Origin: Octopus bimaculoides
Lineage: Eukaryota
Length of the DNA: 64,000 nucleotides
NCBI RefSeq assembly: GCF_001194135.2
Contig: NC_068994.1
Coordinates: 29,020,773-29,084,772 of the forward strand
Reading direction: 5' to 3'
This document shows, one piece after another, positions 36,479-49,899 of the stretch; within the stretch, counting starts at the first letter, position 1, and each line of letters starts with the position of its first letter. The notes under the pieces were generated by a model. The model searched no databases and was not told the DNA's origin. It worked only from the letters and a program-made list of their open reading frames with translations. A program made the position numbers and the translations under genes.

Positions 36479-39400
36479 ACATATTTATATGATGTGAAGC
36501 ATTCCATAAATTTTGCTTGAGTGCTAGATCACTATTGAAGACTTCTTCTCTGTACTATGTTGAAGGTAAGCCAGCTTTGTGGGTATGATAAACGATGTGA
36601 AATGGTACAACCTGGAATGAAGTCTTCAATTTCCCGGAAGCTTATCACTCTCTAACATTCACACACACACATACAGTATGAAATATAAATATAAATACAA
36701 TACATACACATATATGATATTATATATAATTTATTAGATATTAGAGCTTGTTAAATTATGTACAAATATAATTATTAGAAATAGTGTTTGCAGTCATGTG
36801 TTAGGCTGTAGTAAAGAGGAAAGTGTTTGAGTGTTTCTATAATAAGTGCCTTGTGCCCTATACCAATTATTCATCACCAGTTTCACATAAATCACTGCAC
36901 CAACAAATTAACAGTCAATAACAAAAGATTTCTATTATTTTTTAATATAATTTCCATATTGCTTTGTTTTACTATTTTACACCCATATTTCCATGTAAGC
37001 GTGAGAGTAATGAGTTTTCTTTTGTTCCATTTGTGGGAGCAATTGGTTTTAGATGTGGATGTCTGTTCTATGGCTAACTATTTATCTTGGAAGCAAAATT
37101 TGACCTGCTGTCAATCAGGCAAACTTAGGTAAGCAGTATTTTGTGTCTGAACCCTAAGGGCACAACACACTGTGATATAGTAAATAAAGTTTGAACTTAT
37201 GATCAAGTAAAATGATGGAGAACCCCTTCACCTGAATCATAATTTTATTTGCATCCAACTCCAAAACTGCTCTCCATTGAAGTCCTCTAAAAACCCAATT
37301 ACTAAAAATAATGGTTTAAGCTTTAAGACAAAACGGTAATTTAACACAAGTTGCATAGTAAAAATTCATTATTTTTCACAGTATAGATGCACCACCCACA
37401 CAGGTTTTTTTTTCTTATACCCTTACAATTCACTCATGGTACTAAAAGATTGTTCTACACACCTAACGAAGTCCAGCACCTTAATCTCACGTCCAATGTA
37501 CCTTTTGAGGTAAAAAAGAAAAAATCTATATACAAAATCTTGATATCACATTTCTACACTATCTCTGTCACAAAATGAAAACTAAGTTCAGTCATTACTC
37601 CTTTATTAGTAAACACCCCACTGTTGTTAGCAATATCTTTATTTCAAAAAATATTTCCCTACTGGTCTCTTCAGTCAACCTTTTCTGCTCTCTTTGTGTT
37701 CCATTATCACACTTGTCTTAATTCTACATACAGATCTTGCTCTAGGGACCATACTCATTTGTATTCCACCATTTTACCATGTCTGTATCTGCTTTCCATC
37801 ATCTATTTCTGTTGCTTCATATCCTGTTGTCTATGTCTTACTTTAAAAGCAATGCTGTTTTTTTTTTTAACAGACATTCTAACTGTTGACCCCACTGTAA
37901 ATTCACACTTTGACTGTTTGTCATCAGGCTTTTTTCATTTGCTGTTCCCTCCACCAATTACCTATTTCTCTTTAATGACTAAACAAAATTCTTTAGCCTC
38001 TTATCTCCATGTAATATATAACATGCAGTTTTGGGATGGTCAAGACATTGGACTACCAATGTGCAAGCCACAAGTGCAAGGCTACTGTAGACATGTGTCT
38101 GAAACTATGACATCTGTGAAAAGTATTTATCTGTCAGAACATTAATTCTATATTACATCAGTTCACCTAACTATTCAGAAAAGGTATTAGATCTCCTGTC
38201 AACAGGTAACACGTCTACCATTAACAGACAACAAATCTACTTTTAATAGATGACAGATCTATTGTTAATAGGTAAAAAATCTCCTGTTTACAGGAAACTG
38301 ATCTTGTGAATAGATGGCAGATGTATTTGAAGTAAGTAAAGAGAGAAAAGATTTTTCTCACATCTGTACAATGTTACAAGCTGTAGAGTTAAATACTGAT
38401 TCTATAGACTTCCATAGTTCTGACAGATATTATTCTTATAATTTTATTATATTATTACATATGTCAAATAACAATCCAGAGAGAAACCATGTCATTTTCA
38501 CTAGAATCCATAATTACATTTTTTTAATATAAATTTGACAATTCATTGTAAAGCTTTATTACAAAATACAACTGGTGATTGCATAAATATTATAATTATA
38601 ATCAACATAATCATTATTTTCATTACCATCCTCACAATACCAACACCATTACCATTTTATTTAATTTACATTCAGTTCTCATCACAATTTTGTTGCTTAC
38701 ACTGATACACTTTGACACCATCTTCTACATAGTTTATGTACATGTACACACATATATGGGTGCGGGCATGGCCATGTGATTAAGACATTTGCTTCATAAC
38801 CATGTGGTTTTGTGTTTGGATGCATAAGCCACACTTTGGGTAGCAAGTATCTGTACTAAATCTATGATCAATGGTTTGTGTGTGAAATTTGATGGATGGA
38901 AACTGCAGAAACACATTACACACACACATCAATAGCACCAACAGCAATGTCTACACATATATTGAGTCCTACAGTCCTACACTACATCACCACTGTACAT
39001 AAAAAGAACACAGCTAAAATCTTAAAAGTCAATTTAAATACTAAGAAATGACTGGTCAATTTTCATGGTGACTTCACACTGATAATGTTGCTAACTCAAC
39101 CTCCCAAACACTAGACTACCACTTAGGGTCAGAAAATATTTCAGACCTTAGTGATCCTTTCCAAAACTAAAGAGTTGTTCTCACATATCAAGGATGGTAC
39201 TGTTGCCACACATACATACAAACCTCCCAGGCTTCACCCATCTAAGTGATTAGTAAAGACAGATTCCCTCACCAGCACACTGCAACCTCTGAGCCAACAG
39301 ATGTAATTACTTCAACTAAAAATACAATAACCCTGCTCAACTAAATATCTTCATTAACCTACACTCTAGCTCACCCACTGCATTTACCTTTCATCATTCC

Positions 39401-40896
39401 CATGCTTCTTCCACTAAATCCTCCACTCAATATTTTAACTAACAGAACTATAAACTTATTGAATTATAGTGATTCAGTACTCCACAGGTACATATACTCT
39501 TAACATATTCTTCAGGTAGAATCAATAGGACAAACTGGGCTTTTGAAGTGCAGTTCATTTGAAGTACGAGTACAGTCCATCAGGTAGCCTTCTACAGAGT
39601 GTCTGTGAAACTAATTCACTCATGAAACGTGGGTCAATCATACACAATAGTAGAAACTTGCCTAAGGTCTGCAATGTAATTGATTGAAAGATTTTATTAT
39701 TGCAAAATGGAACTTCTAAACTATTTAGCTATGTTGTAACCTTATATATACATACATATGTATGTACACTCACTCACACATTCTTTAGTTTGTTTTTAAT
39801 CATCACAGCTAAGGCCATGCTTGAGCATCCTCTTCAATGCATAATCATATCCAAGTAATATATACATGTTTCATATATGTATATATATATATAATTTAAA
39901 TTGCTCCATATAGATTTAAATGTGTAGTTGCAACATATAATCACATAGTTCTATTATAAGTATTTTGTGTTTGCCAGCATGGAAGGCGGATATTAAACAC
40001 TGATAATGATGAATTAGAAATAACACACAGACATGGATATATATACATATATATGTGTGTATACACATACATATGCACATACCTCTGTAATTTGGTCCCA
40101 CTTGAGACACCCAACCTATAAACTAACTCAATATATTCCATCAATCAACACCTTATAAGAGAGCTGTAGCAGTCTGCATTGTTAAGATGCTGTTATTTAA
40201 CCATAGGTTAGCTCTGATTAAGCACTTCAGTTACAACTGTCCTGTTCTGTAATAAATTGAAAATAACATTGTCCTATGTGTCCTTTATTGTCTTTTAAAA
40301 ATGAGAGGACTTGATTTGAGTGAGATTTAACTGCTATTTCTTACAGATTGAGTGATTGTGTCAAGGCTACCTCATTTCAAATGAATTTTCACTCTTCTAT
40401 ATTCTGTGATGGAGAATAGTTCTGTGTTTCTGGTAAGATAGATAAACTCTTTAACACAGATCCTGAGATATTAAAAGTTTGTGAGCTACATCTTACTGCT
40501 TAAAGGGTTAACTTTGCTGTTCTCAGTATATTTAGATGCAAACAGGTGCCATTATAATATATCCTGGGAGAAATATCTATCTACACACACACACATTGTA
40601 TTTGAAGGCCAATCTCAAAGACACTGAGCTGTATGAAGATGACTAAGGCTCAAGATATCTGGTGCATTGATGTACTCAAGAAGACCTGTTCACCACAACC
40701 AAATTGAAACTGGTGCTGGTGCCACATAAAAAGCACCCAGTGCACTCTGTGGAGTGGTTGGCATTAGGAAGGACATCCAGTCACAGAAACCATGTCAAAA
40801 TAGACAATGGAGCATGGTGTGGCCCCTGGCTTTACCAGCTCCAGTCAAACCATCCAACCCATGCCAGCATGGAGAATGAAAATTTAATGATGATGA

Positions 40897-41098
40897 TCTG
40901 ATGGCATATAAGATACACTATTGTTTTTTACCAAAAAACAATGTCTAAAAAGAAAAAAATTTCTCCAAGTCCTATATGTGAAGTTGGGCCCATATTACAT
41001 GCTTTAATGCATTAAAAACTTTATCTCCCGAATATGTGCTGCTGAAATTGGGGTGCGTCTAATATGCTTGTGAGTCTTTTATGCCATCAAATATGGTA
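40897..41098. mobile_element. Small TIR element (pogo/Tc-like MITE); one-ended copy at ~32965-33120
   Basis: Right end TCTTTTATGCCATCAAATATGGTA, left end GATGGCATATAAGA; internal similarity to 32990-33120. Confidence 0.55.
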
Positions 41099-41418
41099 TC
41101 TCTATCTAACATTTAATGTCATGAAGAGTTATGGGGAGAATGCAACACATCTTGATTACAATGATCAAAGAGATAGCAGACGTATGTGCAAGGACAGCAG
41201 ACGTAGGTGCACGGACAGGTTAAAATTTGAAAAGTAAACATAATCCTTGCACCTAGAAAATTAAAGGTTCCTCACTTTGACAGTTTGCACTTAAACTGAC
41301 ACACATATCACTACTTTGATTGTTCTACACCCTAGTAATGCCTAGGTGAAATCCTTGAATCACAAAAAATGAATGAATGACACATAATATGATTTTCACA
41401 TATGTATATATGTATGTT

Positions 41419-41452
<34 letters not shown>

Positions 41453-41462
41453 TGTATGTATG

Positions 41463-41503
<41 letters not shown>

Positions 41504-41882
41504 NNNNNNNNNNTATATATATATATATATATGCATGTATATGTATGTATATATGATAAGAAACTGTACTCTTCATATCAACCCTTCTGATATGTTGAGT
41601 GCCAGGATTGGGTTTCCCTTAATTCTCATGTATGAAACCACTTAGAAGTATAATACTGTATTTCATACACACACACAGATATGGAGAATACATATATGTA
41701 CACATTATTATAGCTATGATCTCAAAATATGCAACTCTGTATAGGTTTTCAACACAGACACACACTTACACATACCAGAAACATTGCATGCCCTACATGC
41801 ACTATTTGCATTATGGACATAGTATACAGTCTTATGGCACAGTCTTAATTTTATAACTATTATTTTTTAGTAACTTCTTTAT

Positions 41883-41926
<44 letters not shown>

Positions 41927-42145
41927 NNNNNNNNNNGTGTGAGTGTGTGTGTGTGTGTGTGTGTGTTTGTGTGTGTGTATACACACATATATCAAGGAAA
42001 TATTAATGCATTACATGGAATATAATACAGTATTGTGTTTGTTATGGAGTATAGAATAGTGATATTGAAGTTAATGACTGGTGTTCACTTTAACTTTCTG
42101 AAAGGTGATGACAAATAGGTGTGTGTGAGTACATGTGCATGCATG

Positions 42146-42215
<70 letters not shown>

Positions 42216-42239
42216 GAGGAAGAATGTTCCTAAGTGATG

Positions 42240-43215
42240 TAGAGAAAGATTTGGATGAAATGTTTAGTATAAATTAAGGGACAAAGTAGCACACAGAAAG
42301 AACGGAAAAGATTTAGTTGAGAGTGGCAGGAAAAGGAGAAGGAATTTAAGTGAGGGCTCAGCAAATTTTGGAAGAGAAGTTATTATTATACTAATGAGAA
42401 GGTAGTGAAAATGACACAACTTGATTGGAGAAATTCTGTGGTTATTGATGTTCTAAATGTATTTAGTGTTACACATTAGAATGCATTTAGGATTTGTACA
42501 GCCTTCACAGTTAATCAATAAGTTTTAGCCTATAACAATAGAGGCTCAGTCATTGTGGTTGGTTGTGTGAATAATGGAGAATTATCATAAGCAAATATGG
42601 AAGATTTTAATGACAATGACAGTTTTAGTAGGGGTTTTGTAAAGAATGAAATGGACTTCAGCTGTGTTTTATAAGGAGCATGATAGTTTTTTGTTTTCTC
42701 TCTCTTGTAATGGTCACAATGATTATTTAGCTGTATATTGTAATGATTGTAATAGTTTATTTAGCTGTAAAGATTGTAATGATTTTTAAACATTTAAATC
42801 TGGTGTTGAGAAAAGTGTCATGGCTCATGAACGGTGGAGGTGGGGAGCAGTTGTTGTTTTTTTGTGCTTTACTGTGTGTGTTATGATGTGTTGAATGAAT
42901 TTAGATGGTGGCATCCCATAGTAAAAAGTTTTGGCAGTCTTCATTCATGGAAAATATATTAAGCATGGTGGGACGTGTTGATGTTGCATGTGGATAAAGA
43001 CTTGGGTATGAAAAGGAAAGAGGATTGTTATGCAGTGCCATTGGCTTAAGATTGTATATAGTTGGAAGTGACCTCATGAGAGTCATTGACGTAAAGGAGA
43101 AAGAAGACTGAAGAGAACAAAAAAGCCCTGCAGTACACCTTCATTGATAGAGGGAGAAGTGGAAAGAGCTCCAGAAACACATGCTGCAACGGAGTGACTT
43201 GTCAGGATGTAGAAA
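42240..43215 (-). mobile_element. CR1/L2-like LINE RT fragment, highly degenerate
   Basis: VSGALSTSPSINEGVLQG ... YVNDSHEVTSNYIQS (GVPQG / ND / YADD region). Confidence 0.55.
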
Positions 43216-43719
43216 ATGAAAAGATAAATAAAATAAATAAGTAAATAAAAAAAATAAAATACCACAAATATAAAATGATTAAGATTTTGGATGTTTCACA
43301 GTGACATTTTTCTACAGTGACATATTTGTACATATACCCCTTGCCATGAATACTACAAAGGGTAAGATTGCAAATAGTTCCACTAACATTGGCAATGCTA
43401 CAATGGCATTGAAGTGCAATAATGGTATTTTTATGACAATGTGCAAAGATAGAACACAGAAGATAGAGATATCCACTAGAATTTTAGAGGACAATCTCTA
43501 CATATTCCTTACAGCCATCAGTCCACCTTGTCGAAACTTGCTCGCTTGTTAAAGTTTTTTCTATTATGAAGAAGTATGGTGACTATGTATGTATGTGTGT
43601 GTGTGTGTGTGTGTGTGGAGGGGGGTATGGTAGAATGGAATAAGAGACCACTGCAATAGTAGCATGGCAACAAGGAAGGGGCAGGTGGGTTGGGCTAAAA
43701 AGAGGAGGGAGCCTGAAAT

Positions 43720-44739
43720 TTAAACAAATACTGAAGAATTCGGATTATTGGGTTCGGTTGAATTTGGGTTTGGATGAAGCTGTGTTTGTGGGTTTGGCCT
43801 TTGCCCTGACCTTGCCCCACTTCCTGCATTCCCACTAGCCCCATGGTGTCCATGTGAGCTCGGTGGGCCATGATTGTGTTGGTCCCCACCAAAAGGTGAT
43901 GTATTAGAATAGTAGCCAACACCCTTTTCACTGTTGCCAGCATTACCGGTATTGTTGACTCCTCCCGTTCGGGCAGAAGATGATGAAGATGAAGACGAAG
44001 GCGGTGATGTCGGTGATGTTGCACCAGCATTTGGATTGAGTGATGACAGCCGCTGCACTTGATGAGCCTTCTCATGGCATTTTAGTATCGATCGATGCAT
44101 GAAAACTTTGCCACAGAGATCGCAGCAGAAGCTTTTCTTGTGGGCATGGTTACGCACATGTGTCTTCAAATTCCCCTTTTGGCTGAACGACTTCCAGCAG
44201 ATATCACACTGGAACGGTTTCTCACCAGTATGGCGACGCCTGTGAATTTTCAGGTTTCCTCTTTGACTAAAACATTTCTGGCAGATTTCACACTGGAATG
44301 GTTTCTCACCTGTGTGTGTCCGCATGTGATTACGGAGTGTTGAGATATGATTAAAGATTTTTTTACAAGTATCGCAAGGATATGATTTTGATTCAGTGTG
44401 AGCAGACTTTTTGTGTGCCTTCAGCTGGTCATAAAGTGGGAAGTTTTCACCACAAATATCACACTTGAAGTTTTTACTTTCAAAATGGTCTCGTTTGTGT
44501 GCCTTGAGTTGGTCGAATGTCTGGAAATTGTCCCCACAGACATCACAGCTGAATTGGTGTGGCGGTGGGGGTGGCTGTGGCTGTTGGGGAGGAGGCAGTG
44601 GCTGTGCCTGTTGGCTGTTGCTGTTGTTTGGTCCACTGTTGTCGCCCTGGTTACCGTGATGATGGTGGTGGTGATGGTGATGGTGGTGGTGGTGATGGTG
44701 ACCCATGCCACCACTGTACATTGGCTGCATTGGAAACAT
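43720..44739 (-). CDS. C2H2 zinc-finger transcription factor (339 aa): ~15-His tract, Q/P-rich linker, six C2H2 fingers (two TGEKPF linkers), S/G/N/P-rich tail
   Basis: Uninterrupted ORF with canonical CxxC-x12-Hx3-4H repeats. An in-frame TGA lies five codons upstream of the ATG, so this ATG is the start unless the AACAG acceptor 8 nt upstream is used. Confidence 0.93.
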   Translation of the reverse strand: MFPMQPMYSGGMGHHHHHHHHHHHHHHHGNQGDNSGPNNSNSQQAQPLPPPQQPQPPPPPHQFSCDVCGDNFQTFDQLKAHKRDHFESKNFKCDICGENFPLYDQLKAHKKSAHTESKSYPCDTCKKIFNHISTLRNHMRTHTGEKPFQCEICQKCFSQRGNLKIHRRRHTGEKPFQCDICWKSFSQKGNLKTHVRNHAHKKSFCCDLCGKVFMHRSILKCHEKAHQVQRLSSLNPNAGATSPTSPPSSSSSSSSARTGGVNNTGNAGNSEKGVGYYSNTSPFGGDQHNHGPPSSHGHHGASGNAGSGARSGQRPNPQTQLHPNPNSTEPNNPNSSVFV

Positions 44740-46485
44740 GAGGTCAACTGTTCACTCACAGAAACTAATATATTTTTTAGATGTAAATATGTTTACACCT
44801 TTTATATAAATTTCTTAATTATTGAATTAATTAAAAAATGATTATCTTTTTTTAGTTTCAAACAACAACAACCACGACAATCACAATAACAAGGACAACA
44901 ACCACAACAACCACTGCCTCTACAACAATTATGACTTGAAAGTATCACCAGATACTTCAAGACACAAATAATACAGTAAACTACTCTTTAAAAATGCAAC
45001 TGAAATTGTTTGTATCAGATCAACCTCTTTAACAAAATCAGGTTTACAGTGTGTAACCCAGACCAGTAAGACGGCTGCCACTTGAAGTAAAATGTTGCAT
45101 CATGGGTAATAACAGAGAATACTGATGACAGAACATGTCTTTTGTTACTTTTCATTTACTTCTTTTCTTTTCTATTATTCCTATGTTCATTTTTCTAAGG
45201 AACAACATACTCTCTTCATTGTCATCAGTTAAACTGAAATTGTATAAATGAACTTAAAAACACAACTTGAAAGTCATTCATTTNNNNNNNNNNNNNNNNN
45301 NNNNNNNNNNNNNNNNNNNNNNNNNNNNNNNNNNNNNNNNNNNNNNNNNNNNNNNNNNNNNNNNNNNNNNNNNNNNNNNNNNNNNNNNNNNNNNNNNNNN
45401 NNNNNNNNNNNNNNNNNNNNNNNNNNNNNNNNNNNNNNNNNNNNNNNNNNNNNNNNNNNNNNNNNNNNNNNNNNNNNNNNNNNNACAAATGCCAGTAAAA
45501 TTTTCAGACAGAGCTTCTTCATATTTTTGTCCAGGAAATTTTTATGGGATTTTTTATAATAAAAAAAAGATTAATGCATATGAAAAAATTTCAGCATAAA
45601 GCACACCAAAAAAATAAACTAAAAGATTAATTAATACAAAAAATATCACCAAAGAAACTTTTTTTTTTTTTCACTTCAGCAGACAAAAAAACAAATAAAT
45701 ATCATTACTTTGGGTTCTTCGTAAAAAAAAAAATCCCTTTAAATTGTAAATGGTTATCAGAAAGATTGTTTAATGTTCTTCTGTTTTCTTTTTATCTGCA
45801 AACATCTAATATAAACTTTTTAAAAATACTGTAAACTCATAACTCTATTCCAGTAATTTTGTAAATCAGAACCATGTGCAGGTTTAAGTTCAATTGTTTT
45901 CTTGGTATCAGCTTTCTATAAACAAATTCTTGTTTGGTTTAAAATAACTATTAATCTCTTTATGTTACTATCTTGATATACACATAACTATACAAACACA
46001 CATTCAGACAGCTATACAAACACATTCACACACACACACACACATATGTATACATGTGTACGCTTATACATATACCCACTTATAAAATATATATGTCAGT
46101 ATTTATTGACATTGGGATATATCTATGTTTTTGTGTGCAGTAAATAAAACATGTCAGAAAAAATAACAAGCACCAAACTGGTCCATGCAATCTTGGCATG
46201 AACTGAAAGTATTTAGCTGGAGGAAGGACAGTGGGCAATGAATGGTCTGAAAACAGCTTGAGACAATCTCAAGAATGATGATGCTTTACCAGAGTTGTTA
46301 CACTATTGAACCACAAACCAGATTGCACTTCAATTTAACGCATTGATATCAATGTCTGTAGTTGTTCTATGTGTGATTTTGTCAAATTTAATGCTGTAGG
46401 TGTCATTGAAATGCAGACTGAACAGCTTTACACTGTGCCTATTGGCTCTATATCTGGAGGAGCCATCTTCTTGCTGTGGTCAAAC

Positions 46486-46967
46486 CTGCAAAAGAGTTTA
46501 GAAAGAAATAGAACGATATTAAAAATTCCACTGATTTAACAAATAAACAATGTTAGAATATTGTAAGGTCATATAATATATTGGTTTTAAATTTTGGCAC
46601 AAGGCCAGCAATTTTTGGGGAGGGAGTAAGTCAAATTACATCAATCCCAGTGCTCAACTAATACTTATTTTACTGATCCCAATGGGATGAAAGGCAAAGC
46701 TGATCTTGGCGGAATTTGAACTCAGAACATAAATGGACAAAATGCCACTAAGCATTTTGTCCAGCATGCTAATGATTCTGCCAGCTCACAGCCTTAATTT
46801 CATATAATATATTATCAAACAGTTAATAGTTAATAATTAAATTCAATCAGTTCAAATTGATTTTGATTTTTCGTAAGCACAGCCTGCTAACAGGCTGTAA
46901 TAATTTGGTCTATTTTTGATATTTTATTATTAGTAATAATTATTGTACCAAGCAAACTTAGGCTTAC
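46486..46967 (-). other. Candidate intron between two apparently non-coding (5' UTR or lncRNA) exons upstream of the ZNF ORF
   Basis: Donor CAG|GTAAGC at 46967; acceptor TTTCTTTCTAAACTCTTTTGCAG|G at 46486; contains a SINE at 46595-46798. Confidence 0.45.
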
Positions 46968-49061
46968 CTGGCTTCCTAATCCATAGTGCTTAGTCTCCCA
47001 TCCTTATTATAGTTGTATTAGATGCACAGCAAATTTTTGATACATTTAAATACAAAAAGAAGGCATGTCTTGTATACTGGTAAATATGGTTTATAAAAAT
47101 GCCTATGATTAATCTAAGACGAAGGAGAAAAGTGCCAATAAAGCTGCAGTAGATGAACTGAATGACACAAGTTAGAAGTAGTACAACAAATATGAGTTGA
47201 CTAGTTTGAGGCAAAATAGGTCTGATTATCTTCACACTTTTGAAAAATATCTTGAGTACACCATAGATCAGACAAGAGATATGCATGATGCCACCATGAC
47301 AAAACCAACTATCAAGTTAGTCAGATTAGTGATGCCTTGTATGTTGTCATATAGAACCTTGCAATGATGCTTGTCATCTCCTTATCCAGCCTTTTGATAT
47401 CCTTGCAGCATTCAGACATAATGAGTGGGAGAAGAGTGACAGAAAAATGAGTAGAATAACAGTAAAAGGGTAAAAAGAACCCCTTGGTTATGAATGACTT
47501 TGAGATTACACTTAGAAAGTTCCCCTCCGAGGCACAAGTCTGGCCAAGGTTTATGGACAAGGTTTATGTTTATGGAAGACCAGCAGTCAGCCATGCATAC
47601 CAGCCTGATACAGCTTGGCACCAGTTACGTTGCAATTCATTTCTACAGCTGAGTGAACTAGACTAACTTGAAATAAAGTGTCTTGCTCAAGAACACAACA
47701 CAGCCTTGTCCAGGAATTGAACTCACAACCTCATGATTGTGAGCCCAACACTCCAACCACTGAGCCATGTGCCATAGAATAACAGTAAACAGCTATATAA
47801 AGAAAACATTAAAAAAAATAACAAATTAACCAAAACCAAAAGCAATTTTAAAAATCATTTAAATGAAAATAAATATTTTTTTATATATAATAATTATGAC
47901 AATGATAAATATTTAATGCCCAATTCCATTAATTTATCAAGTTCTAATATATTTAATTAATTTTTTTCTAATATAATTCAGAGTCCTAAATTTGGTGTCA
48001 AGCAGTCATATTTATTATTTTAATAATTAATTATTTGTATTGATTAATTTCTACTGTTGGGGATAAAAAAAATATAAAAAAACAAAAACCAATTCTTGGT
48101 CTAACAATTCAGAAAGTAAATCTTTTGAAAACAAGTGAAATATATCTTTTAATGAGCTTAAATTGACATTTTCATGTTTCAAATAATCTTATTCTGAAAG
48201 AATCTTTATGTTTTTTTTTTTTTAAATTAAATTTGAGTTTTTGTTTTCTTTTTCTTATCTTTTTCCTTTTCCTGTCTTGCAAGTTAACTGGTTACCTCAC
48301 TAGTGCTGGTAGCATGAGATAAGCACCCAGTACACAATGTAACGTGGTTGACCCTTGCAAGGGCATCCAGTTGTTGAACCTATGTCAAATGTGAAATAGG
48401 GTTCAATGCAGCCCAGCAGATCACCAGATCCTGTCAAACTATCCAACTCATGTCAGTATGGGAAACAAACATTAAATGATGATGATGATGAGGAGGAGGG
48501 GGATAAATAAAAAATGATAACTTTTGCACATAAACTTGCGCCCAAAACCACTATCTTTGCACCTAAAAATCTGCTTTTCTACATACGACTTATTAGATAT
48601 GAAAATTGGGAAATTTTTAGGTAGTGCAATACTATCCTCTAAAGAAACTATACTATACACAGATCTAGGTGGAACCAAACTAAAACCAGTCAGAGTTTGG
48701 AACCATAGTAATGCTATTCTTCTTCTTTGCACTTTTTATTTAAGTTTATTAACAAAGCTCTCAATATCACAAATTTATTAGAGCTTACCTCAAAATGTGA
48801 TCACTTGCTTCAGAAGTGTGTGGGTGTGCATGTGTCTTTTGTGACAATAGTAATTTTGATGTTTGAAGAAAGCATCACCATTATTATTTATCATCCACTT
48901 TCCATGCTTGCAAAGGACAGACAGAATTTGCTGAGGCAAACTTTCTACAGCTAGATGCTCTTTTTGTCAATGATCACCTGTTGACAAGCAAAGAAATATT
49001 TCCCCATGGCCAGACATGTTTTTCCACAGAAGACTGGAAACGAACATCACTTGCATGATGG

Positions 49062-49112
<51 letters not shown>

Positions 49113-49899
49113 GAGAAATATACAATGGACTTCTTTCAGTTTCTATCTACCAAATCCAATTGCAAGGCTTTGGTTTGACCTACAGCTATAGTAGAAGACA
49201 TTTGGTCAAGACACTTTGCAGTGAGACTGAACCACAAAAGCTTCTCAACCACACAGTCATGCCTACTCCTGTGTAAGTATACTAATTTTTTCTGGGACTT
49301 ATTTTCATTCGAATTTTCCATGTTTTGCCTCATAATCTTTTTTCTATTTCACTAATTTTGACAAAGTTTATAGAATAAGATTTCTTTTACTGAAATCTTT
49401 TATTTGAGCGTAATTAAAAAATAATAAAGAAATAAGGTAACAAGACAGACAAAATGCTTAGCAGCATTTTGTCCAATGGACTAATAATTCTGTCAACTGA
49501 CTACCTTGATAATAATACGTAACAGAGATATAGACATCTATTAATGTATGAAAAAATTAGTTGGATAATATTGCCAAAAACTAAGATGAAATTTAACAGG
49601 AACCTGTCAAAAATGATTAAGTGAACAAAAAAAAAAAAACTGGTAATACAACATTTATTTTACACATTACTCTTTATCACATGTAATTAGTGCTTGAAAT
49701 ACCACATACTTAAACATGAAGCCACAGTACAAAACATTATAACATAAACTGATGAGAATACAACCAAACTACCGACAGGCCAAATCAAGCAATATATAAA
49801 TCTGGCAAATGTACCATATTTTACACATCTCATTATAAACACAAAATGCCTTCTGCACATCATTAGAATGCTGGACAAAATTTTTAGTGATATTTCTTA

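Larger units (their letters stand above)
7588..45484. other. Assembly gaps (7588-7926, 12137-12542, 14035-14982, 34278-34719, 45284-45484, plus 10-N gaps); mostly flanked by (TA)n or other simple repeats
   Basis: N runs; the long ORF-track entries spanning them are artefacts. Confidence 0.97.

Noticed and set aside
37051-37132. Plus-strand internal exon (TTTTAG|...CTTAG|GTAAGC) and a lone PBX-MEIS decamer at 37108-37117
   Set aside because: One open frame but no recognisable protein or neighbouring exons; a single motif is expected by chance
7395-45599. Long ORF-track entries containing X or YI/CV/HT runs
   Set aside because: Artefacts of N gaps and (TA)n/(TG)n/(CA)n microsatellites
46990-47286. 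98-aa hydrophobic ORF as a membrane protein
   Set aside because: AT-rich composition explains the hydrophobicity; no recognisable family; stop precedes the nearby donor
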